Shown: positions 31,722 through 41,357, numbered from the stretch's first letter. The stretch: DNA of 64,000 nucleotides from Bacteroidota bacterium (GCA_046073825.1 JBJTMY010000097.1:5270-69269), one strand, 5' to 3'. A program made the numbers and translations. The notes: generated from the sequence alone by a model not told the origin.

Positions 31722-31733
31722 GGCTAGAATAAA

Positions 31734-33209
31734 TTAATAAGCTCTTGCAAATAATACTCTTTGCCCAGAAGGTTTCCCAGTCAAAATGCAATTTCCTTCT
31801 TCCACAGGATTATCCATTGGAATACAGCGAATTGTGGCTTTAGTAAGTTCCTTTATTTTTTCTTCTGTTTCGGTAGAACCATCCCAATGTGCATAAACAA
31901 ATCCCCCTTTATTGTCGAGAAGGTCGTTAAACTCTTCCCATGTATCCGCACGATGAGTTTTTTCTTCTCGAGTATCCAGCGCTTTTCGATAAATATTATC
32001 TTGTATCTGCTCTAATAAATTTTCGATTTTCAAGTGAAGGTCCGTCATCTGATATACAGCTTTTTCTTTGGTATCCCTTCGAGCTACTTCAACCGTTCCA
32101 TTTTCTAAATCACGAGGACCAATAGCTACTCGAACAGGAACTCCTTTTAATTCATATTCTGCGAATTTCCAGCCTGGTTTGTGCGTGTCGCGATTATCAT
32201 ATTTAACAGAAATACCACGCTTTTCAAGTAGTTTTTTTAACTCAGCTACTTTTTCATTAATAGCTTGCAATTGTTGGTCAGTTTTAAAAATCGGGACTAT
32301 TACCACTTGAATTGGAGCTAAACGAGGAGGAAGTACCAATCCATCGTTATCAGAATGACTCATAATTAAAGCCCCCATTAATCGTGTTGAAACACCCCAA
32401 GAAGTAGCCCAAACAAACTCTTGTTTCCCTTCTCTATTCGTGTACTTAACATCAAATGCTTTCGCGAAATTTTGGCCTAGGAAGTGAGACGTTCCAGCTT
32501 GAAGAGCTTTACCATCTTGCATCATCGCTTCAATACAATAAGTATCGAGCGCTCCAGCAAAACGTTCATTAGGCGACTTCATTCCTTTTATTACTGGTAT
32601 TGCCAATACATTTTCAGCAAAATCAGCATACACATTCAACATTTTGATTGTTTCCTCCACCGCTTCTTCAGCAGTTGCATGAGCAGTGTGCCCTTCCTGC
32701 CATAAAAACTCTGCGGTTCTTAAAAACAAACGTGTTTTCATTTCCCAACGAACGACATTAGCCCATTGGTTAACTAAAATTGGAAGATCTCTGTAAGATT
32801 CTATCCAACCACGATAGGTGTTCCAAATAATTGTTTCCGAAGTAGGTCGTACGATTAATTCCTCCTCTAACTTGGCATCTTCATCAACAACAATCCCCTT
32901 CCCATCAGGGTCATTTTTTAATCGATAATGTGTTACCACTGCACATTCTTTGGCAAATCCATCCACATGGCTAGCTTCCTTACTAAAAAACGACTTTGGA
33001 ATAAAAAGTGGAAAATAAGCATTTACGTGACCTGTTTCTTTAAATCGACGATCCAACTCTTGTTGCATCTTTTCCCAGATTGCATAGCCATACGGCTTAA
33101 TTACCATGCAACCTCGCACTGCCGAATGTTCTGCCAAATCGGCTTTCATCACTAAATCCTGATACCATTGAGAGTAATTTTCTTCCCTTGATGTTAATTG
33201 TTCGCTCAT
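31734..33209 (-). CDS. proS: Proline--tRNA ligase (archaeal/eukaryotic-like class IIa form)
   Basis: 491 aa; the N-terminus ...[32 protein letters not shown] and the C-terminal ProRS-C domain are typical of the Bacteroidota type. Confidence 0.95.
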   Translation of the reverse strand: MSEQLTSREENYSQWYQDLVMKADLAEHSAVRGCMVIKPYGYAIWEKMQQELDRRFKETGHVNAYFPLFIPKSFFSKEASHVDGFAKECAVVTHYRLKNDPDGKGIVVDEDAKLEEELIVRPTSETIIWNTYRGWIESYRDLPILVNQWANVVRWEMKTRLFLRTAEFLWQEGHTAHATAEEAVEETIKMLNVYADFAENVLAIPVIKGMKSPNERFAGALDTYCIEAMMQDGKALQAGTSHFLGQNFAKAFDVKYTNREGKQEFVWATSWGVSTRLMGALIMSHSDNDGLVLPPRLAPIQVVIVPIFKTDQQLQAINEKVAELKKLLEKRGISVKYDNRDTHKPGWKFAEYELKGVPVRVAIGPRDLENGTVEVARRDTKEKAVYQMTDLHLKIENLLEQIQDNIYRKALDTREEKTHRADTWEEFNDLLDNKGGFVYAHWDGSTETEEKIKELTKATIRCIPMDNPVEEGNCILTGKPSGQRVLFARAY

Positions 33210-33230
33210 ACATTTATAAATTTACCAAAA

Positions 33231-33238
33231 TAATTTTG
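33231..33238 (+). promoter_or_regulatory. -7 promoter box upstream of the N-rich lipoprotein gene
   Basis: Exact TAATTTTG 76 nt upstream of ATG 33314. Confidence 0.4.
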
Positions 33239-33313
33239 GCATTGTGTTTGCCAAATGAAATATCAGCAAAATTGAATAACTAACCGCATAAAAACAATTT
33301 AATTCCTGAATTT

Positions 33314-35209
33314 ATGAAATCTCTTATCCAAATAATTAAATTGAATCCTTTTAAAGTTACCCTTTTCATCTTTTTTCTCTCCACAATTTTTATTTCTTGC
33401 TCTTCGAACCGATTATCCACTCGCGCTTCGGACGATGTTTATTTTACCAATGTTCCGGAGGTCGAAATCAATGATAGTTTTCAAAACAAAAACAATCAGC
33501 CTTCAAACAATAACAACTCCTCAAATAACAATAATTTTCAGAATAATGTAAATCAGCAACCTGATAATTATACTCAGAAAAATGATAACCAATCGAACGA
33601 TAATCAAAACAATTATTCTGAGAATATTAGCTCCTCAGATAGTTTAAATAACAATAGCTCCAACAATGCATCTAACAGGTACTCTGATGAAGGAGGCAAT
33701 ACTTACATTACGAACAATTATTATAATGAGGACGATTATTATGATTACGCGTATACTGCCCGCCTAAGGAGATTCAATCATTCATGTGGCTGGAATTATT
33801 ACGACCCATATTACACTAATTTGTATTGGTACGACTATAATCCCTATTCTTATGGAGTGAGTTTATATACCACTTATCATTGGTGGGGAATTACAACCAC
33901 TTATAGTTGTAATAATTGGTGGCCAAGTTGGGGCTCTTATTACCCTTCATATTACGGATATTCTGGATGGTGTGGTTATGGATGGGGAAACTCCTATTTG
34001 AATGGTTACAACAATGGTTACTGGAATGGATATAACAATGGCTATTGGAATGGATATTATTCAGGTTTATACAATGGCACGTTTAATCCCTATTACTATA
34101 ACAGTATGGATTCATATAGCTATTATTATGGCCCACGAGGTGGCACACATGGTAATCACGTAGCTTTAAACACTCCACGCGGAGGAACAACCGTATCACA
34201 ATTGTACAATGAATTAGGTGTAGGTAGAGCTAATGATCACTTAGTTGCCAATGATGGCATTCAGGCTATAGGTCGACCAAAGCGTGAAATCAAATCCAAC
34301 TATAATGAAATAATTAAAAACAATCCGATTCGCACCGTTGGAAATGATAATGAATTTAATCATCAAAGCGGACAACCCAAAAATTTTAACAATAGTAATC
34401 ATGGGGATGTTACTCCAAAAAATGAAAACACTCCTAATAACAATACCCCTACTCATCCATCAAATAATAATGATAATTTGAGCAATCCAAAAAACCCAAA
34501 AGGGGATAATCAACAAAACGAAAACAATCAGAACAACAACTTCACCACCCCTCGTAACAATCAACAGGAAGAGAACATTAACACCCCTAGAAACAACAAC
34601 TATTCAACTCCTAAACAAGAACATCAGGAAAACCAAAACAACAATCCTAGAAACAATAATTATTCAAATCCAAACAACTCCAATCAGCAAATAGATAATT
34701 ACACTCCAAGAAACAATAATTATTCACAGCCTCGAAATACCAATCAACCCACCGAAAATAATTATAACACTCCAAGAAGCAATAACTATTCACTGCCTCG
34801 CAATACCAATCAGCCAACAGATAATAATTATAGCACTCCAAGAAGCAATAACTATTCGCAGCCTCAAAATACCAATCAACCCACTGAAAATAATTATAGC
34901 TCTCCAAGAAACAATAACTATTCGCAGCCTCAAAATACCAATCAGCCAACTGAAAATAATTATAGCTCTCCAAGAAACAATAATTATTCACAGCCTCGCA
35001 ATATCAATCAACCTTCTGAAAATAATTACAACACTCCAAGAAGTAATAACTATACTCAGCCTAGAGTAAATCAAAACAACAATGATTATTCAACGCCAAG
35101 AAATTCATACTTAGCACCAAGAACTTCTTCGCCATCGTTTTCAACTCCTCGAAGTACACCAAGCAATGGAAATAATAGTGGTGGTGGTTTTGGTGGAAGA
35201 AGAAGATAA
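33314..35209 (+). CDS. Low-complexity N/Q/S/Y/W/G-rich lipoprotein with a C-terminal 22-aa tandem repeat array
   Basis: Lipobox IFISC (Cys29), poly-N/S/Q region, Y/W/G-rich core (YYGYSGWCGYGWGNSYLNGYNNGYWNGYNNGYWNGYY), repeats TPRSNNYSQPRNTNQPTENNYN, and the end GGGFGGRRR. Confidence 0.7.
   Translation: MKSLIQIIKLNPFKVTLFIFFLSTIFISCSSNRLSTRASDDVYFTNVPEVEINDSFQNKNNQPSNNNNSSNNNNFQNNVNQQPDNYTQKNDNQSNDNQNNYSENISSSDSLNNNSSNNASNRYSDEGGNTYITNNYYNEDDYYDYAYTARLRRFNHSCGWNYYDPYYTNLYWYDYNPYSYGVSLYTTYHWWGITTTYSCNNWWPSWGSYYPSYYGYSGWCGYGWGNSYLNGYNNGYWNGYNNGYWNGYYSGLYNGTFNPYYYNSMDSYSYYYGPRGGTHGNHVALNTPRGGTTVSQLYNELGVGRANDHLVANDGIQAIGRPKREIKSNYNEIIKNNPIRTVGNDNEFNHQSGQPKNFNNSNHGDVTPKNENTPNNNTPTHPSNNNDNLSNPKNPKGDNQQNENNQNNNFTTPRNNQQEENINTPRNNNYSTPKQEHQENQNNNPRNNNYSNPNNSNQQIDNYTPRNNNYSQPRNTNQPTENNYNTPRSNNYSLPRNTNQPTDNNYSTPRSNNYSQPQNTNQPTENNYSSPRNNNYSQPQNTNQPTENNYSSPRNNNYSQPRNINQPSENNYNTPRSNNYTQPRVNQNNNDYSTPRNSYLAPRTSSPSFSTPRSTPSNGNNSGGGFGGRRR
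34703..35032 (+). repeat. Five near-identical in-frame 66-bp tandem repeats, with degenerate copies on both sides (about 34540..35160)
   Basis: Units start at 34703, 34769, 34835, 34901 and 34967. Each encodes (T/S)PR(S/N)NNYSQP(R/Q)NTNQPTENNY(N/S). Confidence 0.9.
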
Positions 35210-35225
35210 TTTCTTTTGAACAAAT

Positions 35226-35251
35226 AAAACTGCTACTGACGTGGCAGTTTT
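35226..35251 (+). terminator. Possible (weak) terminator or attenuating hairpin between the N-rich gene and the barrel gene
   Basis: About 11-bp stem aaaactgctac/gtggcagtttt with a 4-nt loop. The downstream T tract is interrupted (tcatttta). Confidence 0.5.
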
Positions 35252-35266
35252 CATTTTATATTAATT

Positions 35267-36811
35267 ATGAAAAAAATAATCTTAAGCCTATCATTATTAC
35301 TATTTGCCAACGCAAGCTTTTGCCAAAACGATGGCGATATGATTCGATATGCAATGCAGAATGTCGGGGGAACGAGTAGAACACTAGGCATGGCTAATTC
35401 ATTTGGTGCTTTAGGTGCAGACATTAGTTCAATGGCAACAAACCCAGCAGGCCTTGGTCTATATAGAAGTGGAGAATTAAGTTTTTCATTAGGCTTTAAC
35501 AATCGGTATATCCAAGAAAATTTTTTAGATGGTGTAAAAAATGATAATCAATTTAAAATGTCATTTAGTAATGCGGGAATGCTATGGCATTTTGAAAACC
35601 AAAATTATAGCAGATGGAAAGGATGGACGTTTGGATTTGGATATAATCAAACCAATAATTTTTCGGCAAATAATTCTGCTGTTGGATTTAATGCAAAAAA
35701 CTCCATCCTACATGCTTATTGCGAATCCTTAGGAACATTTGACCCCTCAATTGCTGCTTATACAGCATCACCTGCATACAATGGGAACAATGCATCCAAC
35801 TTAAGTTCAGATTTTCCATTTGATATTGACCTTGCATGGCAAACTTATTTAATAGATAGTGTAAATTCAACCGCAGGGCAAACCTATTATTTTAACTCAG
35901 TACCTTTTGGTGGCGTTCAACAATCGCGAAAATCGATTAGTAGAGGTGGTGGTGGAGAGTTTGATATTTCATTTGCTAATAATTTTGACAACAAACTATT
36001 TTTTGGTGCTACTATTGGCTTTGCTTCTGTCAATTATTCTCAACGTACTAGCTGGAAAGAAACCGATACGCAGGATACAATCCCTGGCTTTTACTCACTG
36101 GATTACAACACAGAACTTACGACTTCGGGAAGTGCAATAAATTTAAAACTCGGTGTTATATATAGACCCATTGATGCAATGAGAATTGGCTTTGCTTTTC
36201 ACACACCAAATAGTTATTTGCTTACTGACGATTATTCCACCACCCTAAATGCAAAGCTTGAAAATTTAACTGGAGGGATTATTGAAAACGATTATTCATC
36301 CCCACTTTCTATTCCATTTCAATATAGAATTATGACACCAATGAAATTTATTGGCAGCATCGCTGGATTAAGTTCTAAAATTGGAGCCGTTAATTTAGAT
36401 TACGAATATAATGATTACTCAAAGGGAAGTGTTTACTCAAACGATGCGACAATAAATCCTTATTTTAATGAAACACGTGAAGCAATAAAAATTAAATATC
36501 AAGCTTCGCATACGCTTCGTTTAGGATTTGAATCCGTAATAAATCAATGGAGAATCCGAGCTGGAGTTAGTTATTCTACCTCCCCATTCAAGAGTGCTTT
36601 TAGATATAATACTCGTACCGACTTGAGTAAAAAAACAATTTCAACTGGATTTGGGTATAAAGGTGATCGATACTTTTTTGATATGGCCATTTCTTACGCT
36701 ATGTATGGATTGATAGAAAGACCTTATGCAGTAAAGAGTGGTTTGGAAGGAAAAATTGAATCAACTATATATAATACACGAATATTATTTACGATTGGAA
36801 AAAAATTCTAA
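35267..36811 (+). CDS. FadL/OmpP1/PorV-like outer-membrane beta-barrel protein
   Basis: Signal peptide; N-terminal motif GGTSRTLGMANSFGALGADISSMATNPAGLG is typical of FadL/PorV-type barrels; alternating strands; C-terminal ...TIGKKF. Confidence 0.7.
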   Translation: MKKIILSLSLLLFANASFCQNDGDMIRYAMQNVGGTSRTLGMANSFGALGADISSMATNPAGLGLYRSGELSFSLGFNNRYIQENFLDGVKNDNQFKMSFSNAGMLWHFENQNYSRWKGWTFGFGYNQTNNFSANNSAVGFNAKNSILHAYCESLGTFDPSIAAYTASPAYNGNNASNLSSDFPFDIDLAWQTYLIDSVNSTAGQTYYFNSVPFGGVQQSRKSISRGGGGEFDISFANNFDNKLFFGATIGFASVNYSQRTSWKETDTQDTIPGFYSLDYNTELTTSGSAINLKLGVIYRPIDAMRIGFAFHTPNSYLLTDDYSTTLNAKLENLTGGIIENDYSSPLSIPFQYRIMTPMKFIGSIAGLSSKIGAVNLDYEYNDYSKGSVYSNDATINPYFNETREAIKIKYQASHTLRLGFESVINQWRIRAGVSYSTSPFKSAFRYNTRTDLSKKTISTGFGYKGDRYFFDMAISYAMYGLIERPYAVKSGLEGKIESTIYNTRILFTIGKKF

Positions 36812-38733
36812 TTCACTACTCGAATAATTAAATCATCAATAGCCGCAGAATACTTTCCAGGATTATACAAATAAATCTTTATTATGTCGTCTGCATTCAT
36901 ATCTTCTACGTATTTATACCCATAAAAAAGTGTCGTCCATTTGTTTTTTTCTTTAATGAACGGCTGAAACTGCAAACTTCTCCAAGATTTAATTTGACCA
37001 GAAGGCGAATCAATTTCAACCACTAGCATTAATTGATCATGCTTAGGAATTTGAACAGATTTGACATTTAACTCTACAACCAAAGATCGTCCTTTGGTAA
37101 GTTGAATTTGTTGCAATGAATTTGTGTAGGTAATTCCATATTCTAAGGTAGAATCTAAAATAGAAATGTGTGAGCCACTTAATGCATCGTTTCTCTGTTG
37201 AAGCAATTTATTATCTACATTCCAATTGTTTTTTTCAAAATCGTTTTTTTCATAAAACAGAACATTTGTATTTTTTAAATGCTTTGAGGAATCTTTTGAA
37301 AAAACATAAATGCCAGAATTAAAATGGATATCCTGTTTTACTAAGTAGGGGAAATATTTCTTAATTCGAAATTCGAGCTCAGGTGCGTGATAATTATTTG
37401 ACCAAGCATGAAGAAAGTACTTTTTTGATGAGTTTGCGAGAATACTATCAACAACTAAATAATCATCATTTTTATTACAACAATATTGAACAATATTATT
37501 TCGAAGCAATGAATCGTGTAAATAATAATTTAAATAAAATGGTTTAATTACATTAACAGTATACTCAATATTATTACGATTCAATTCATTAGAATAACTT
37601 TCTATATCAAATGCAATATTTTTAAAAACAGCAAACTGTTCGGTTGAATAATGCTTCTTAGAAAACACCGTACTAAACATGAATAGTCCGAGCACTAAAC
37701 CTACTGCTGGAATCACATGTTTTTCATTTTGCAACTTTATCAAAGAAACTATTCCAATAATAATTAAAGGATATCCGAAAATCAAAATAGAATATTGAAA
37801 AACAGGATTTTTAAAAATCGAATAATAATAAGCTACAAGAACAGGAAGGACTCCAAGAATAAAAAGCAGAAACACTTTTCCATTTATAATTATTTTGAAC
37901 TTCGTCAAAAAAAGCGAAAAAATAATTAGAACTACTAATCCAATTATTATTTCCCAATCGTTATTAAAACAATAATATAAAAACTCCAAAATTGCCCAAT
38001 TAGACGGCACTCCTAACCAGCCACCATCTCCTCCTAATCCGCCAACACTAAAATGAGTGAACATGACAGGAAAACTTGGGATATACAATATAAACATGAT
38101 AATTCCCGAGAGCAAATAGAATAGACCTTGCTTTTTATTTTTAACAAAAAACAATCCTGCTACACCAACTAATCCAACAAACATGAAACTAAAATAATGC
38201 GTGTACATGGCTCCTGCACCAGCGATTATCAATATTATATTCCAAATTGAAAAAGTAACTGGTTTTTCATTTTGAAAAAAATATTTTGTCCACGACCAAA
38301 CAAACAACATAGAGAAAAACAAACCTGGAGCATAAGGACGAGCGAGTTGACTATATAAAATGGGGAATTCTGAACAACTGATAATTGCTAAAACTATCAA
38401 TGCACGAGAATTACCTAACCAAAACTTAGCTATTGAATAAATAACTATTAAAGTGAAACAACCTATTATTACGAAAGGTAAACGAATTGCAAACGCAGAC
38501 ATCCCGAACATCTTTATCCAAAACCAAAGAAAAACCTGTACCCCCATTGGATGCATATCATCTAAACGAACTCCATTTTCAACGACAGATTTTAAATTGT
38601 CAAATTGAAGACGGGATAATGCACTTAACTCATCGTTAGTTAAAGACCATTCTGAGAACTGGTAAAAGCGTAAAATGCAACCAACACAAAGTATTAATAA
38701 AAAGAGACTATTATTTTTGATTGCTGCTACCAT
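36808..38733 (-). CDS. GT-C fold membrane glycosyltransferase (family 39/83, ArnT/PMT-like) with an extra C-terminal soluble domain
   Basis: About 12 TM helices; first-loop DE motif (TNDELSAL); the R.P....G pattern of ArnT/PMT-like enzymes; a non-membrane tail of about 240 aa. The start codon overlaps the rlmB stop. Confidence 0.68.
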   Translation of the reverse strand: MVAAIKNNSLFLLILCVGCILRFYQFSEWSLTNDELSALSRLQFDNLKSVVENGVRLDDMHPMGVQVFLWFWIKMFGMSAFAIRLPFVIIGCFTLIVIYSIAKFWLGNSRALIVLAIISCSEFPILYSQLARPYAPGLFFSMLFVWSWTKYFFQNEKPVTFSIWNIILIIAGAGAMYTHYFSFMFVGLVGVAGLFFVKNKKQGLFYLLSGIIMFILYIPSFPVMFTHFSVGGLGGDGGWLGVPSNWAILEFLYYCFNNDWEIIIGLVVLIIFSLFLTKFKIIINGKVFLLFILGVLPVLVAYYYSIFKNPVFQYSILIFGYPLIIIGIVSLIKLQNEKHVIPAVGLVLGLFMFSTVFSKKHYSTEQFAVFKNIAFDIESYSNELNRNNIEYTVNVIKPFYLNYYLHDSLLRNNIVQYCCNKNDDYLVVDSILANSSKKYFLHAWSNNYHAPELEFRIKKYFPYLVKQDIHFNSGIYVFSKDSSKHLKNTNVLFYEKNDFEKNNWNVDNKLLQQRNDALSGSHISILDSTLEYGITYTNSLQQIQLTKGRSLVVELNVKSVQIPKHDQLMLVVEIDSPSGQIKSWRSLQFQPFIKEKNKWTTLFYGYKYVEDMNADDIIKIYLYNPGKYSAAIDDLIIRVVN

Positions 38734-39500
38734 TATTTTGACCTTTGACGTACGACTTCGGATAAAATCATTCCGGCGGCAACTGAAACATTTAACGATT
38801 CAATCTTACCTGACATAGGAATTTTTACAATCGCATCAGCACGTTTCATATACTCTCCTGAAATTCCATTTTCTTCACTTCCTAAAATAATTGCAACGGG
38901 TTTCGTATAATCGGTTTGATAAATTGTATTATTGGTTTTTTCAGAACAAGCCACAATAGCAATACCTGACTCTTTTAAGTAATCGATGACAATTTTCAAA
39001 TTATCTTCTCTACAAATTGGAATATAATGCAATGCTCCAGCAGAAGTTTTTACAGTATCCGCATTTATAATTGCTGAACCACGAGAAGGAATTACAATCG
39101 CCGATGCTCCCATACATTCAGCCGTGCGAGCTATAGCGCCCATATTACGGGTATCTGTGATTCTATCTAAAATAATAATCACTGGATTCTTTCCTCGCTC
39201 GAAAAGTTGAGGAACAACATCTTCAATTGAATAGTAACTTATTTCAGCCACATAGCCTACAACACCTTGATGATTATTTCGGGTTAATCGATTTAATTTT
39301 TCAATGGGAACTAATTGAAAATGGACAGCACGAGATTTTAATTCTGTTTTAAGTTCTTTAATGAGGGGATTATTAAGGTTGCTTTGAACAAATAATTTTT
39401 CAATTTCTTTACCCGAACGCAATGCTTCTAGTACGGCCCTAGTTCCATAAATTAAATTTTCATTATGGCTATTATTCTTGTTGTCAAAATTATCTCTCAT
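38733..39500 (-). CDS. rlmB: 23S rRNA (guanosine-2'-O)-methyltransferase, SpoU/TrmH family
   Basis: SpoU substrate-binding N-domain (IYGTRAVLEALRSG) and SPOUT motifs (LDRITDTRNMGAIARTA, ILGSEENGIS, IPMSGKIESLNVSVAAGM). Confidence 0.85.
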   Translation of the reverse strand: MRDNFDNKNNSHNENLIYGTRAVLEALRSGKEIEKLFVQSNLNNPLIKELKTELKSRAVHFQLVPIEKLNRLTRNNHQGVVGYVAEISYYSIEDVVPQLFERGKNPVIIILDRITDTRNMGAIARTAECMGASAIVIPSRGSAIINADTVKTSAGALHYIPICREDNLKIVIDYLKESGIAIVACSEKTNNTIYQTDYTKPVAIILGSEENGISGEYMKRADAIVKIPMSGKIESLNVSVAAGMILSEVVRQRSK

Positions 39501-39503
39501 TGT

Positions 39504-40856
39504 TTATTGCGTATCTATTACTGCACTCTGACTTTCATCTAAATCGGTAGCAGTATCTATTACTTTTTGGTTTAGTTGTTTGGAGGTTTTAAGTCCTAGT
39601 TTTTTCAAATTATCAATTCTAGAAACGATATTCCCCTTTCCCTTATTTAATTTATTCATTGCCGATTCATAACTGCCTTGCGCATCATCTAATCTTTTTC
39701 CCACCATTACTAAGTCGTCAATATGTGCAGATATCTTATCGAACAAATCGGCTGCTTGACGTGCAATTTCTGCTGCATTTTTATTTTGATTTTCTAAGCG
39801 CCAAATATTCGCAACAGTTCTTAATGTTGCCAGCAAAGTAGAAGTACTTACAATTACTATATTATTTTGAAAAGCTTCATTGAACAACTCAGGATCTCTA
39901 TCAACAGCAGCAATAAATGCGGGCTCTACAGGAATAAATAACATTACAAAATCGAGGGTTTGCAATTTGTACAAATTCTGATAATTCTTAGAAGATAAAT
40001 CTTTAATGTGTTTACGAATAGAATTAATATGTTCCTTAATGTATTGTTCTTTTAAAGCCTCCTCTGTTTCAGAAAAAAAACGTTCATAGGCTATCAATGA
40101 AACTTTTGAATCAACAACTAAATTTCGACCTTCGGGTAAATTAATTATCACATCGGGCTGCAAGCGTCTTCCATCCTCGGTAGTCATGCTTGACTGAACT
40201 ACGTACTCTCTTCCTTTCACCAAACCTGATTTTTCTAGAACCGTTTCCAAAATCATTTCACCCCAATTCCCTTGTGTTTTTACTTGACCTTTTAATGCCG
40301 CTGTTAAATTTTTTGCTTCTTCGCCAATAGAAATATTCGCTTTATGCAATAAGCCCAATTGCTCTTTTAACTGTTCATTTTCCCGAACACGATAAATATG
40401 ATTATCTTTTATTTCTTGTTCAAACTTTTCAATTTTCTGTTTAAACGGAGTTAACACATCATCTAACTTCGATTTATGCTCTTCTTGAATGCGTGTAGAA
40501 TTTTGCACCACCACTTCATTAGCAATATTTGTAAACTGAGCTTTTAATTCGGAGAATAGTAACTCAATATTTTTCTTTTCTTCACTAAATTTTTGTTCGA
40601 GGTTTGCACAGTTTGTTTTCCACTTGGAAACTTCTCCTTCTTGTGCTACCTGCTTACGATTTAAATCTTCTATAATACTATCCTTATTAGTACTAGTCTG
40701 TTTAATCTCGGCAAGAACCCCCGTTAACACAGCGATTTCCTTTTGTGCATCAAGCAATAAATTATCAGATGATGAAGCTGTTGAATTCGATTTTCCTATC
40801 ATCCATCCTATAATCAAACCCAAGGCTAGTCCAACGACTAAAAAAATTATTTCCAT
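39504..40856 (-). CDS. rmuC: DNA recombination protein RmuC
   Basis: N-terminal TM helix, long coiled coil and the RmuC nuclease-like C-domain (QGNWGEMILE..., PDVIINLPEGRNLVVDSKVSL, FVMLFIPVE). Confidence 0.88.
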   Translation of the reverse strand: MEIIFLVVGLALGLIIGWMIGKSNSTASSSDNLLLDAQKEIAVLTGVLAEIKQTSTNKDSIIEDLNRKQVAQEGEVSKWKTNCANLEQKFSEEKKNIELLFSELKAQFTNIANEVVVQNSTRIQEEHKSKLDDVLTPFKQKIEKFEQEIKDNHIYRVRENEQLKEQLGLLHKANISIGEEAKNLTAALKGQVKTQGNWGEMILETVLEKSGLVKGREYVVQSSMTTEDGRRLQPDVIINLPEGRNLVVDSKVSLIAYERFFSETEEALKEQYIKEHINSIRKHIKDLSSKNYQNLYKLQTLDFVMLFIPVEPAFIAAVDRDPELFNEAFQNNIVIVSTSTLLATLRTVANIWRLENQNKNAAEIARQAADLFDKISAHIDDLVMVGKRLDDAQGSYESAMNKLNKGKGNIVSRIDNLKKLGLKTSKQLNQKVIDTATDLDESQSAVIDTQ

Positions 40857-40885
40857 AGTAAAATATTATGCTTTAAAATTAACCA

Positions 40886-41341
40886 TTATGTCTGAGGGTA
40901 TGCTGGCAATGTTGATAAAAACTCAAACGTTTCATTTTTATATTCTAAACAAAAGTGTTCCATTCCGTTTGTCAAAACAAGAAAGGGCACATTTAACGAT
41001 AAATTATAACGCACCACCTGATGCAAAGTATCTTCATCTAATTTAACAGTTGGCGATTTGCATTCAACAATAAGCCATGGCTTCCCATTTTTGTTATATA
41101 CAACCACATCTGCGCGTTGTTTTAAACCATTCACAATTATCTGCTTTTCAACAGCCAACAATGACAAAGGATAAGAAAAATATTCTGTCATAAATCGCAG
41201 GAAATGCTGCCTAACCCATTCTTCAGGAGTAAGCGTTACAAATCTTCTTCGAACGAAGTCAAAAATTTGCTTACTTTGTCCTTGGGACTGAATATTAAAC
41301 TGAAACGTTGGTAAATTAAGTGAGGAGAATTCAGATTCCAT
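40886..41341 (-). CDS. Stand-alone type I restriction enzyme HsdR N-terminal-like (PD-(D/E)xK nuclease fold) domain protein
   Basis: 151 aa; the pattern EEWVRQHFL...RADVVVYNKNGKPWLIVECKSPTVKL...QVVRY......LVLTNG matches the HSDR_N_2-type domain. Confidence 0.7.
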   Translation of the reverse strand: MESEFSSLNLPTFQFNIQSQGQSKQIFDFVRRRFVTLTPEEWVRQHFLRFMTEYFSYPLSLLAVEKQIIVNGLKQRADVVVYNKNGKPWLIVECKSPTVKLDEDTLHQVVRYNLSLNVPFLVLTNGMEHFCLEYKNETFEFLSTLPAYPQT

Positions 41342-41349
41342 CTATAGAA

Positions 41350-41357
41350 CAAAATTA
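41350..41357 (-). promoter_or_regulatory. -7 promoter box (TAATTTTG on the minus strand) for the hsdR_N-like/rmuC/rlmB/GT-C unit
   Basis: Plus-strand CAAAATTA 8 nt upstream of the start at 41341. Confidence 0.4.

Noticed and set aside
34647-34991. 114-aa minus-strand ORF with its own striking repeat (NSYCFLESYNYFQ...)
   Set aside because: It is the antisense shadow of the 66-bp coding repeats in the N-rich lipoprotein gene. Its periodicity is inherited from the sense strand, and it lies entirely inside a better-supported CDS.
34703-35032. Regularly spaced repeats that could suggest a CRISPR array
   Set aside because: The units are directly contiguous 66-bp repeats with no unique spacers. 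They are in frame within a long ORF, and no cas genes occur in the window.
39504-41341. HsdR-N-like protein plus RmuC as a restriction-modification or defence island
   Set aside because: There is no methyltransferase, specificity subunit, helicase/ATPase, toxin or mobile-element gene nearby. The flanks are housekeeping genes (rlmB, AMP nucleosidase-like, holA). I kept it only as a low-interest finding.
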